Origin: a virus
Taxonomy: Duplodnaviria; Caudoviricetes
Virus record (IMG/VR): IMGVR_UViG_3300044691_000465
Span: 1-62,874 of that record
Strand: one strand, 5' to 3'
DNA: 62,874 bases
Numbering within the stretch: the stretch's first letter is position 1; every line of letters begins with the position of its first letter. This document shows, in pieces, positions 10,339 to 19,061 of the stretch. A program made the translations under genes and the position numbers. Below the pieces are notes generated by a model. That model did not search any database. It was not told the DNA's origin and was given only the letters and a program-made list of their open reading frames with translations.

Positions 10339-10472
10339 TTAACCATAGATCAATCAGGGACTTGTCTTCTGCCTCCTGTTGGTGACATATTCTTTGCAGA
10401 AGCTGAGCGAACCTCTAAGGGGTTAGCCAGTTGGTATAGGAGCAGCACCCGCTGCTTCAACTCAGAAAAGGA
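10339..10472 (+). promoter_or_regulatory. CtrA-like box TTAACCATAGATCAA, promoter TTGTCT (10362)...CATATT, structured leader and RBS AGAAAAGGAG
   Basis: TTAA ends 19 bp before the -35; same TTGTCTTCTGCC as the 3379 promoter. Confidence 0.65.
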
Positions 10473-10481
10473 GAGACTAAG

Positions 10482-10700
10482 ATGGCCCAGACCAACCATG
10501 ACAAACAGAGCAGGGCGCTCAGACTGCTTCAGCGGAAGCAGGGCGCTACGGTGGAACACCTTACCAAGGTGTTGAAGCTGAAGGACGTTAAGGCCGCACG
10601 CGGCATCATCGATCGCCTGCGTGTCAAGGAAGAGCCGATCGAAAACATCGCGTCTCACACCTTCAAGCTGAAGACGCGCCGCAACCCCAAGTCGACCTAA
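10482..10700 (+). CDS. Small basic winged-HTH protein (DUF3489-like)
   Basis: KQSRALRLLQRKQGATVEHL pattern; own promoter and strong RBS. Confidence 0.6.
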   Translation: MAQTNHDKQSRALRLLQRKQGATVEHLTKVLKLKDVKAARGIIDRLRVKEEPIENIASHTFKLKTRRNPKST

Positions 10701-10719
10701 CGGTTGGCTTGGCAAGTGG

Positions 10720-10773
10720 ACTGGCGGCGGTTCTAACCCCCTTGGCTCCGTCGCCAGTGCCCCCTTTCATTTT
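10720..10773 (+). terminator. Probable intrinsic terminator
   Basis: ACTGGCGGCGG...CCGTCGCCAGT stem followed by CTTTCATTTTT. Confidence 0.55.
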
Positions 10774-10788
10774 TAATGGAGTAGTATC

Positions 10789-11106
10789 ATGCGTAGATTG
10801 ATTATCAGCGCGGCGCTGCTCGCCGCAATGTGCGGCACCGCGATGGCGCTGGACATTAACGTTACCGTGGCGCCGTTCCGTTACGACGGTGGACCGCGCA
10901 TTATCCATGTGGACCCGGACCTGGACGGTTGGACGCGTCCGGCCTACGAGCCACCGAGTGAGTCGGTGGACGATGGCAAAGCCAAGCGCTGGACCACCAA
11001 CGCCGAAGAAGCCGCGAAGGCACGTGCAGCCTCCGCGCTGTGCGCGCCGGTTCGGTTGAGCGGCGACACGGTTGTCATTCACCGGCCGACGGAATGCCGT
11101 CGGTGA
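10789..11106 (+). CDS. Exported protein with a cleavable signal peptide
   Basis: MRRLIISAALLAAMCGTAMA|LD; GGAG RBS. Confidence 0.7.
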   Translation: MRRLIISAALLAAMCGTAMALDINVTVAPFRYDGGPRIIHVDPDLDGWTRPAYEPPSESVDDGKAKRWTTNAEEAAKARAASALCAPVRLSGDTVVIHRPTECRR

Positions 11107-11217
11107 TTGTTCTTTAAGCGGTTGTGGTGGATGGTGACCAACAGGTCGAGAAGGCTGTCCATTGCAAGGTGCGAGGGCCAGTAACCCTCGCACCACTTCG
11201 TTTGGAGCAATCCCCTT

Positions 11218-11607
11218 ATGTTCGGCGCACGCAAAGTTTTACATTCGCTCGTTCACGCTGTGTTGTCGCTGACCGACACGGCGGACAAATTAAAAGGTCA
11301 GCTAAATCGCATGGAGCTTATCTTGTCAAATCAATCGGACGCCCTGGCAGCTATCGTTGCCAGCCTGACTACGAACTTCGGCAACCTTGATGCCGCGATC
11401 GCCACCGTGGTGGCTGCTGCTGGAGCCGGTACGCCGGACCCTGCCCTCCAGGCCTCAATCGACGCGCTTGGCAAGCTTAACACAGCCGTCCAGGCCGACG
11501 TTACCAAGCTGGCGCCCACCGCTGCCCCGGTGGTTGCCGCTGCCACTGCGGCTGATGCCACTTCGGCCGCTGCTACCGCTGCTCCTGCACCCGGCAAAAT
11601 GGGCTAA
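11218..11607 (+). CDS. Ala-rich helical hypothetical protein (alternative start near 11323)
   Basis: GGAG before both candidate starts. Confidence 0.6.
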   Translation: MFGARKVLHSLVHAVLSLTDTADKLKGQLNRMELILSNQSDALAAIVASLTTNFGNLDAAIATVVAAAGAGTPDPALQASIDALGKLNTAVQADVTKLAPTAAPVVAAATAADATSAAATAAPAPGKMG

Positions 11608-11640
11608 CGCCATATGCAGGCTCGTCTTGACAACGAGCGG

Positions 11641-11665
11641 AGGCCGGGTGAGGAGCCCGGCCTTT
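11641..11665. terminator. Hairpin between convergent transcription units
   Basis: AGGCCGGG-TGAGGAG-CCCGGCCT-TT. Confidence 0.5.
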
Positions 11666-11745
11666 GGCCTGTTGTCTGCCGTGGCGTTGCGATTGGCGCG
11701 CTGCTCGGCGGAAGTATGACTATGATATTTAGTTTAGGCGCTGTG

Positions 11746-11934
11746 CTATTCGGCCACTACTTGCTGGACTGCTCGCTGCTCGGCCTCTGCCTGTTGCTGG
11801 TTGGCTTCTTGGGCGTGAGTGTAACCTTCTAACCCGTTCCAGGCCTCGCCCATCTGGCGAGCTCTAAGGCGCCTCGTAACGGCCTCGTAGCACTGGCGCT
11901 CAATCACCGCCATCTCATAAGCTATATCAAACAT
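11746..11934 (-). CDS. Hypothetical protein
   Basis: GGAGG RBS, buried in a GAAA-loop hairpin, before MFDIAYEM. Confidence 0.4.
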   Translation of the reverse strand: MFDIAYEMAVIERQCYEAVTRRLRARQMGEAWNGLEGYTHAQEANQQQAEAEQRAVQQVVAE

Positions 11935-11987
11935 AGGTGGCCTCCGGTTTCTGGAGGCCATTGTGCTTTGCGTTTGTTAACGGCGCC

Positions 11988-12476
11988 TTACTTTGGTTCC
12001 GCGTAGGTTCCAAATATGAGATCACCAAGTGGATTGAGAAGGTTGAAGTTCTTCTCAACACCACGGTGGTGCAGCAGGTGGCGCTTAGCGATCTTGCTCT
12101 CTGGGCTTAGCCAGCCTGCGTGGATCGCGTGGTGCGTGAAGATATAGGTGCAATAGCCCAAGAGGAAACCGCCGGCGAGCGCGGCGCCAACGTATTGGCC
12201 TGCGGTCGCCAGTGTGAGGCCAACGACGGCGCCCAGGGCGAGCGGCGCAACGGCAGGAGGTGGCGCGCCACGCGGGTCTGTTGGCCGCAGGTGGTGCACC
12301 CAATGCTGGCGTCGGAACACGCGGTGGAACAACACAGCGTGCATCCACCACTCGACCACCACCCAAGCCAGATAGCCTGCGATCCATGCGCTGATTGGCA
12401 CGTTGGCAAGCGGTGGGCTTAGCACGAGCAGTATGAGAACGGTCAGCGGGATAGTGATGTATTCGAGGATTGCCAT
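11988..12476 (-). CDS. Fatty acid hydroxylase / sterol desaturase superfamily membrane di-iron enzyme
   Basis: His boxes HAVLFH, HWVHH, HHAIH and HLLHH, NFN...D.IFGT tail, TM segments; CAGGA RBS. Confidence 0.85.
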   Translation of the reverse strand: MAILEYITIPLTVLILLVLSPPLANVPISAWIAGYLAWVVVEWWMHAVLFHRVFRRQHWVHHLRPTDPRGAPPPAVAPLALGAVVGLTLATAGQYVGAALAGGFLLGYCTYIFTHHAIHAGWLSPESKIAKRHLLHHRGVEKNFNLLNPLGDLIFGTYAEPK

Positions 12477-12531
12477 GGTCGTTGTCCTGCGGGATGGTGG
12501 CGGAGTTTCCCGTTTACATAGAGGAATTACC

Positions 12532-14166
12532 ATGGCTGAGGCAATCACTGAAGATCAGATCATCGAGACCGTGCAGGCTTATCATGCTGCCGGGAACAAC
12601 AAGTCGGCCGCTGCCCGGCTGCTTGGCATTGGGCAAAGCACCATGTCCAAACGGCTTGACGTGTTGAAGATGCGCGGCCTCATTCGGGAGCGCGATGGAA
12701 AGCTGGAGGCGTTGACCACGGAGCCATGGACGCGTCCAGCCAGAGGGAAGGTGTTGCGTTACCTGCTGACGTCGGCGCAGAACCACACCAAGATACACCA
12801 GGAGTTCTGGAAGAACCTGCACGCGATGGCTGTGCACTATGATGCCACGCTGATGGTGTCAACGTTCAAGTACAACAAGGATGCGTTCGCCAACAACGTG
12901 CTCGGCAAGAAGCGCGTGCGCATTAGCGAGCTGCCAGACGACGTCGAATATGATCCGGAAATCGTGCCGTACATTTCCAATGACCGCATCGACTTGGCGC
13001 CCAGGTTGACGTGGTGTGGCGAGCTCAACATCCTGCCGACGGCGCGCAAGCCGTTGACCGGCATGGAGAACTACACCTACCGCAAGTCGACGATTATTCC
13101 ACACACCACCATCGCGCTGAAAAGTGTTGCGGCCGTGAAGGGTGAAGGCGTGAAGCTGCTGTATACGACAGGAGCCTGCACCCAGCGCAATTACATCAAG
13201 CGCAAGGAAGGCTTCCGAGCAGAGCATTTCCATGCCTACGCAGCACTGCTCGTCGAGGTGGATAGCGATGGCAATTGGTGGTGTCGACAAGTTGAACAAG
13301 GCGCTGATGGAACGCTCTGTGATCTCAACCTTGTTTTCCGAGCAGGCAAGCTGGCGCGAGATGGTGCCCGTGTCGCCTGTATTACATGGGGTGACATTCA
13401 CGCTACCAAGCTGGACCAACGCGTTGCCGACGCCGGATGGCGAGAGCCCGGAAACATGCTCGACACGCTGCGACCTTACAGCCAGCACGTTCACGACCTG
13501 CTGGACTTTACCCCGGCTTCCCACCATACCAGAAAAGATCCGTTCGAAAATTACCGAGCGTATATGCGCAATGATCGACGAAGCGTTGCTAACGAGCTTA
13601 TGTCCACCGGACAGGTTGCCGCAGCGCTGCAGCGCAAATGGTGCAGAACCGTTGTTGTCAACTCCAATCACGATCGACACCTTGAACGCTATCTCAAGGA
13701 AATTGACTGGCGGGAAGACAGTGAGAACGCAGAACTTGTTCTGCGCCTCACTGAACGCTGTCTTCGTGCCATAAGGTTGGATGACAAGGCGTTCAACCTC
13801 GTGGAATTTGCGTTGAAGGAAGGCTGTGCGTTGCCGCTGGATGGCCTGGACTTCCTGCACGAAGATGAAAGCGATGTTATTCTTAGGCAGATCGACGGTG
13901 GCATCGAGTGCGGTATGCATGGCGACCGTGGTGCCAACGGCAGCAAGGGTACCGCTGCTGGCATCGCTCGCATGGGACGCAAGATCAACATGGCCGACAA
14001 ACACAGCGTGGAAATCGTGGACCTTGTTTATGTGGCCGGTGTCTCTGGGCAATTGGACATGGGCTACAACAAAGGCCCCTCGTCCTGGACGCAAGCGCAC
14101 ATCGTGACCTACAACAACGGGTGCAGGGCGATTGTGTCAGTTTGGAAAGGAAAATGGAGAGCCTAA
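12532..14166 (+). CDS. N-terminal HTH plus calcineurin-like metallophosphoesterase
   Basis: NKSAAARLLGIGQSTM; GDIH, HDLLD, SNHD, MHGD and DKH metal motifs; GAGG RBS. Confidence 0.78.
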   Translation: MAEAITEDQIIETVQAYHAAGNNKSAAARLLGIGQSTMSKRLDVLKMRGLIRERDGKLEALTTEPWTRPARGKVLRYLLTSAQNHTKIHQEFWKNLHAMAVHYDATLMVSTFKYNKDAFANNVLGKKRVRISELPDDVEYDPEIVPYISNDRIDLAPRLTWCGELNILPTARKPLTGMENYTYRKSTIIPHTTIALKSVAAVKGEGVKLLYTTGACTQRNYIKRKEGFRAEHFHAYAALLVEVDSDGNWWCRQVEQGADGTLCDLNLVFRAGKLARDGARVACITWGDIHATKLDQRVADAGWREPGNMLDTLRPYSQHVHDLLDFTPASHHTRKDPFENYRAYMRNDRRSVANELMSTGQVAAALQRKWCRTVVVNSNHDRHLERYLKEIDWREDSENAELVLRLTERCLRAIRLDDKAFNLVEFALKEGCALPLDGLDFLHEDESDVILRQIDGGIECGMHGDRGANGSKGTAAGIARMGRKINMADKHSVEIVDLVYVAGVSGQLDMGYNKGPSSWTQAHIVTYNNGCRAIVSVWKGKWRA

Positions 14167-14167
14167 T

Positions 14168-14515
14168 ATGCCAATGAAACATCCGACGTTTGAGAAATAT
14201 ATTCTCGAATATACCAGCAGTCGGAAGGTTGGGCCACGGTCTGCCTGTCTTGAATACTTGACAGAACAGATCGTGGCTGGGACCTTTCCTGGGCCAACCA
14301 GCAGCTTCCGAGCGTGCTATTCGCGGTGGATAAAGACCATTCCGCAAGTGCACGTGCGCGAGGCCGGTCGTTTGATCCGCGAGTACGAGCAATGGAAGAA
14401 GCGTCGTGTCGCCGAAGCGCATGCTCAAAAGCGACTCAAGGCACTCGACAAACTCAACGCTGCGAACCGACCCAAGCCCAGGAAAACATATTCCCTGATG
14501 GACCTTATACGGTAA
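14168..14515 (+). CDS. Basic hypothetical protein
   Basis: GGAG RBS; ends right before conserved element copy 1. Confidence 0.5.
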   Translation: MPMKHPTFEKYILEYTSSRKVGPRSACLEYLTEQIVAGTFPGPTSSFRACYSRWIKTIPQVHVREAGRLIREYEQWKKRRVAEAHAQKRLKALDKLNAANRPKPRKTYSLMDLIR

Positions 14516-14518
14516 TCC

Positions 14519-14701
14519 CTCACCAACTCATGAAACTCACCCGGTTTTGGTTGCTAGGGAAAACAGCTCACCGGGAGGTATATTTCTCTTCTCTCTATTC
14601 TATTGAGTAAGTAGAGAGAGTAGAGGGATAGCCGAGAGTGCCTTGTAGCAGCAGGGAAATTCGCTGCTCAAACCTTCCCAACGCAATGAGTGCAGTGAGT
14701 C
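14519..14701. repeat. Conserved ~190-bp non-coding element, copy 1
   Basis: Shares GCTAGGGAAA, CTCACCGG, TTCTA.TGAGTAAGTAGAG and GAAAT-N4-TGCTCA.AC-N7-ACGCA.TGAGTGC..TGAGTC with 43123-43308. Confidence 0.85.
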
Positions 14702-14833
14702 AGCCGTTTTAGCGCATGGCTGGCGCTCTGCCTTTGGGCTTCCCATTGCGAAAACTATCCGCGATCCGTATCAGTTGAGCGACCTACGCGCGTGCGCGAA
14801 GGAACACAGCCAAAACTGACAGGACGCTTTCCC

Positions 14834-15424
14834 ATGGACGAGGAACAACCCGAAGCTGAGAAAGGCTTCAAAGGCGCGCGCTTGACTAAGCTTGAAGCGA
14901 TGGGACGCAAGCGAGCGGACCAAGGCAACTGGCGCAAGAAGCTGCAGGCTTCCAAACTCAAATTCGACGACGTGCAGAAGCAGGTGTACCTAAAACACCT
15001 CGCCCAATTCGGCCGCAAGCAGCATGCGTGCAAAGCCGCTGGCGTTTGTTTCGAGACGGTTGCCAAGCACATCGAGAACGATGCCGAGTTTGCCAGCGCC
15101 AGAGAAGCAGCGATGCAGGACTATGCCGACGCGGTGCAACAGCTTGCCTATCGCCTAATGAACGGCACGAAGAAACCAATCATCGGCGTGGACAAAGGCA
15201 CAAGCTTCATTATCGGCCACGAGCTCGTGCATGCCACCAACCTGCTGGCGATGGAAATGAAAAAGACCAACCCGGCTTATAAGGAGCGCAGCGAAGTCGA
15301 CTTGAACGGCGGCACTGTTGGTGGTGTGCTGCTTGTTCCTGCTGGCATGAACGCCGAAGACTTCATCAAGGTTGAGCAAGAGCGCACGGGCCATATGGAA
15401 GAGCCGGGCGCAGATATCAAATGA
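14834..15424 (+). CDS. terS: Terminase small subunit
   Basis: Directly upstream of TerL; HTH (ACKAAGVCFETV), GVLLVP C-terminal strand. Confidence 0.75.
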   Translation: MDEEQPEAEKGFKGARLTKLEAMGRKRADQGNWRKKLQASKLKFDDVQKQVYLKHLAQFGRKQHACKAAGVCFETVAKHIENDAEFASAREAAMQDYADAVQQLAYRLMNGTKKPIIGVDKGTSFIIGHELVHATNLLAMEMKKTNPAYKERSEVDLNGGTVGGVLLVPAGMNAEDFIKVEQERTGHMEEPGADIK

Positions 15425-17004
15425 CCTACCAGCCAACGCCAGAAGAACAAGCCGAGTTTGACAAGCGCCTTGTTGAGGCCGAAGCCATCGAGGCAAAGAC
15501 GCCGAACAAGCGCTATGTTATGCGCAACGGCAAGCTGGAGCTGCTGATTTGGGAAGCGCAAAAGGGAAGCCAGTGGGCGTTCTTAAACAGCGATGAATTC
15601 TTTGAAGCGCTGTATCACGGTACACGTGGCCCTGGCAAGACCGATGCCTTGCTCATGGCCTTTGCCAAGCACGTTGGCAAAGGCTACGGCGCCTCATGGC
15701 GTGGTGTCATCTTCCGGCAAACCTACCCGCAGCTCGCCGACGTCGTTGCCAAAAGCGAAAAGTGGTTTCGCCAGCTGTTCCCGCGTGCCAAGTTCAACAA
15801 GTCCAAAATGATGTGGACGTGGCCGACAGGCGAAGCGCTTTTGTTTCGCCACATGAACAACGTTGCGGACTATTGGAATTATCACGGCCACGAATATCCG
15901 TTTATTGGCTGGGAAGAGTTGACCAATTGGGCAACGGACGACTGCTACAAGATCATGATGAGCTGTTGCCGGAGCTCCACGGCCGGTATTCCGCGCATGT
16001 ATCGTGGCACAACCAATCCCTACGGTGTCGGCCACAATTGGGTGAAGGACCGTTTTCGCTTGGGCGGTAAGTGGTGGCAAACAACCGTTATAGCAGATGC
16101 GAAGGACATTGCAGGCAGACCGGAGCCGCGTCGCATCGCATTCTATGGCTTCATCGACGAAAACAAAATTCTGATGGATGCTGACAAGGATTACAAGACC
16201 ACAATCATAGCATCCGCTGCCAACCCTGCCATGGCAAAGGCTTGGCTGTATGGCAGCTGGAACATCGTGGCAGGCGGGATGTTCGGTGACATTTGGTCGC
16301 CAACGCATCACATCCTCAAACCGTTCAAGATACCGCTGACTTGGCGGATGGATCGCAGCTTCGACTGGGGCAGCTCCAAACCGTTTAGCGTCGGCTGGTG
16401 GGCGACAAGCGACGGCTGCGATTACATGGATGGGGACGGCAAGATACGCAGCTCGGTCAAGGGCGACCTGTTCCGCTTTCGCGAGTGGTACGGTTCCACT
16501 GGCAAGCCGAATGAAGGATTGAAGATGCTCGCAACTGAGATCGCGCAAGGCATAGTTGAGCGAGAAGTCTTGTGGGGCTTGTATGGCCGTGTCAAGGCTG
16601 GCGTTGCCGATAGCTCCATCTTCACAACTGAGAACGGAAACTGCATTGCCGACGACATGGAGCGCAAGGTGCGGCTTGACGACGGCAAGGAATACCGTGG
16701 TGTCAGTTGGGAACGAGCGGACAAGCGCCCAGGCTCTCGCAAGATGGGTTGGGAGCAGATGCGCAAGGCGCTCAAGGACGCACTGCCGAACAAGGATGGC
16801 CGACCACGCGAACAGCCCGGCTTGTTTGTGTTCGACGTTTGCACTAATTTCCTTCGCACCGTTCCTTCGCTGCCACGGGATGAGAAGGACATGGACGACG
16901 TTGACACGGATGCTGAAGACCACATCGGCGACGATGTGCGCTATCGCGTACGAGACATGAGCAACTCTGGCGTAAGTCAAAGCCGCACGATTGGGACTTA
17001 CTGA
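15421..17004 (+). CDS. terL: Terminase large subunit
   Basis: Walker A GTRGPGKT, Walker B IGWEEL, TTNP, nuclease FDWG and EDHIGDD. Confidence 0.95.
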   Translation: MTYQPTPEEQAEFDKRLVEAEAIEAKTPNKRYVMRNGKLELLIWEAQKGSQWAFLNSDEFFEALYHGTRGPGKTDALLMAFAKHVGKGYGASWRGVIFRQTYPQLADVVAKSEKWFRQLFPRAKFNKSKMMWTWPTGEALLFRHMNNVADYWNYHGHEYPFIGWEELTNWATDDCYKIMMSCCRSSTAGIPRMYRGTTNPYGVGHNWVKDRFRLGGKWWQTTVIADAKDIAGRPEPRRIAFYGFIDENKILMDADKDYKTTIIASAANPAMAKAWLYGSWNIVAGGMFGDIWSPTHHILKPFKIPLTWRMDRSFDWGSSKPFSVGWWATSDGCDYMDGDGKIRSSVKGDLFRFREWYGSTGKPNEGLKMLATEIAQGIVEREVLWGLYGRVKAGVADSSIFTTENGNCIADDMERKVRLDDGKEYRGVSWERADKRPGSRKMGWEQMRKALKDALPNKDGRPREQPGLFVFDVCTNFLRTVPSLPRDEKDMDDVDTDAEDHIGDDVRYRVRDMSNSGVSQSRTIGTY

Positions 17005-17018
17005 GAAGGACGACCGCA

Positions 17019-18671
17019 ATGGCGATTATTAGCCAACATCCGCTCTACAAGACGATGCTCCCGGATTGGGAAACGATGCGCGACACCTACGCAGGCGATC
17101 GCGCCGTGAAGGAGCGCGGCCAGAAATACCTGGCACCGACGAGCGGCATGGTGGCAGACGGCATGGCGCCGACGATGGCCGGTTTCGCTGCGTACAACGC
17201 CTATCGCTCCCGCGCCATCTTCCACGACTACGTTCGGGAAGGCGTCGAATATTACATCGGCTTGATGCACCAGGAACCGCCGGACATTCAGCTGCCAGCT
17301 GCGCTCGAACCGATGCGCAAGAACGCCACCATCAATCACGAAAGTCTCGAGCAGCTTTTGCGCCGCATCAACGAGCAGCAGCTTGTTGCTGGGCGCTTCG
17401 GCATGATGCTCGACATTCCTGCGCAACCCGAACAAGGGCATGAAATGCCCTACATCGCCACCTACAACGCGGAAAGCATCATCAACTGGGACGTTGGCAC
17501 GCGCGCGCAGATCGATTTGCCGGAGCTGAACCTCGTTGTGCTAAACGAGAGCACGTTCAAGCGCACGCTGCAAGGCTTCGAGTGGGAATGGATACAGCAA
17601 TTCCGTGTCCTGTCACTGATGCCGGTTGGTCCGGAAAAGGAAAGCGGCCCATACGCACAGGCCTTGTTCGCTGGCATGGAAGCGCAGTTCGATCCCAACC
17701 AGTTGGTGCAGCCGAACATTCGCGGCCGCACGTTGGAGCACATCCCGTTCGTGTTCGTGAACGCCACCGACACCTTGCCGACGACCGACGTGTGCCCGCT
17801 GATGGGCCTCGCCAAGCTGGCGCTCACCATCTATCGAGGTGAAGCGGACTATCGGCAGAACCTATTCATGCAAGGCCAGGACACCTTGGTTGTCATCGGC
17901 GGCAAGCAGGATGAAACGTATCGCCTGGGCGCAGGCTCGACCATCAACCTCAACGCTGTCCCTGGCGCCGACGCCAAGTATGCTGGTGTCACTGCAACCG
18001 GCCTCGCCGAGCAGCGGCAAGCACTCGAGAACGACATGACGCAGGCTCGCAACAAGGCAGGCCAGCTCATCGACACGCGTGGCGCCCAAAAGGAAAGCGG
18101 CGAGGCGCTGGAGGCACGCGTGTCTGCGCAGACCGCCAACCTCAACACGATTGCCGCTACCGGCGCCCGTGCGCTTGAGCAGCTGTTGAAGGCAGCAGCC
18201 GAATGGATGGGCGCCGATCCGGAGCAAGTCATTGTTACGCCGAACAAGGAATTTGCCGAGCAGCCGTTCGTTGCTGCGGACCTTGTGTCGCTGATGACCG
18301 CCAAGTCGCTTGGTGCACCGCTTGCGTTGGAGACGATCCACGACATCATGGTCGATCGCGGCTTGACCGAGCTGGAGTTTGATGCCGAGATGGCGAAGAT
18401 TGCCGACGAGGCGCCGGTTATGGGCACTGGTACGACTGCTGGTGGTGATCCCGTGACCAACCCGAAGGAAGGCAAGCCGATGATCGATCCCAAGACCGGG
18501 AAACAGATCACGCAACCCGGTGGCACTGCCGAACATCCGGATGCAGTCGCGTCGCGCACGGCAAGCCTCGCTGCGGCCGGTGCAGCAGGCAAAGGCGTTC
18601 CAGGTGCCAAGCCTGCAGGTCTCGCTTCACGTCCGCAGGGTGCAACGAAGTCCGCCGCGCCAGGGAAATAA
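17019..18671 (+). CDS. Portal protein (DUF4055-like)
   Basis: Follows TerL; HP.Y..W start, YNAYRSRA, IPFVF, PLMGLAKLAL..YR.EADY, ESGEAL. Confidence 0.88.
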   Translation: MAIISQHPLYKTMLPDWETMRDTYAGDRAVKERGQKYLAPTSGMVADGMAPTMAGFAAYNAYRSRAIFHDYVREGVEYYIGLMHQEPPDIQLPAALEPMRKNATINHESLEQLLRRINEQQLVAGRFGMMLDIPAQPEQGHEMPYIATYNAESIINWDVGTRAQIDLPELNLVVLNESTFKRTLQGFEWEWIQQFRVLSLMPVGPEKESGPYAQALFAGMEAQFDPNQLVQPNIRGRTLEHIPFVFVNATDTLPTTDVCPLMGLAKLALTIYRGEADYRQNLFMQGQDTLVVIGGKQDETYRLGAGSTINLNAVPGADAKYAGVTATGLAEQRQALENDMTQARNKAGQLIDTRGAQKESGEALEARVSAQTANLNTIAATGARALEQLLKAAAEWMGADPEQVIVTPNKEFAEQPFVAADLVSLMTAKSLGAPLALETIHDIMVDRGLTELEFDAEMAKIADEAPVMGTGTTAGGDPVTNPKEGKPMIDPKTGKQITQPGGTAEHPDAVASRTASLAAAGAAGKGVPGAKPAGLASRPQGATKSAAPGK

Positions 18672-18673
18672 CG

Positions 18674-18763
18674 ATGGCTAAGCTCACAGGCTATTTGGTG
18701 ATTGTGTTCAGTGGCGCGCTGTTCCTTCTTTGGGCAGCAGCCATTTGCACAGGGGTAATCTAA
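18674..18763 (+). CDS. 29-aa hydrophobic peptide
   Basis: MAKLTGYLVIVFSGALFLLWAAAICTGVI fills the gap between portal and the next ORF. Confidence 0.35.
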   Translation: MAKLTGYLVIVFSGALFLLWAAAICTGVI

Positions 18764-18764
18764 A

Positions 18765-19061
18765 ATGAAAACGCACGAGCTCGCTTTCTCGAAACCGGAC
18801 GGCGACAATCCGCGCATCTTCGCAACCGTGCGTGGTGGCACTGTCACGGTGGTTATTCGTGGCAGCGCCGATGCCATGTGCGAAATGTCATTGCACGATT
18901 GGTACACGTTCATCGAGCAGTCGCGCAAGAAGGTGCTGATGCAAGGCGACGTGCCCGTGGACGAGAAGCTGCGTGACTTCTCGCAAATCAAAGCACCAGT
19001 CGCGCCTCCCAAAGAAAACATTCCATATGGTGGCCATGGTATCGACGGGATGGGATACTAA
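18765..19061 (+). CDS. Hypothetical protein
   Basis: TAATG overlap with MuF. Confidence 0.55.
   Translation: MKTHELAFSKPDGDNPRIFATVRGGTVTVVIRGSADAMCEMSLHDWYTFIEQSRKKVLMQGDVPVDEKLRDFSQIKAPVAPPKENIPYGGHGIDGMGY

Noticed and set aside
11977-11991. TTAA-N7-TTAC near-CtrA site
   Set aside because: One mismatch, overlaps a stop codon, and no -35 at the 19-bp position; left unassigned
14570-14630. CT/AG-rich tract as a simple microsatellite or CRISPR-like repeat
   Set aside because: No repeat-spacer periodicity and no cas genes; it is the centre of the twin element
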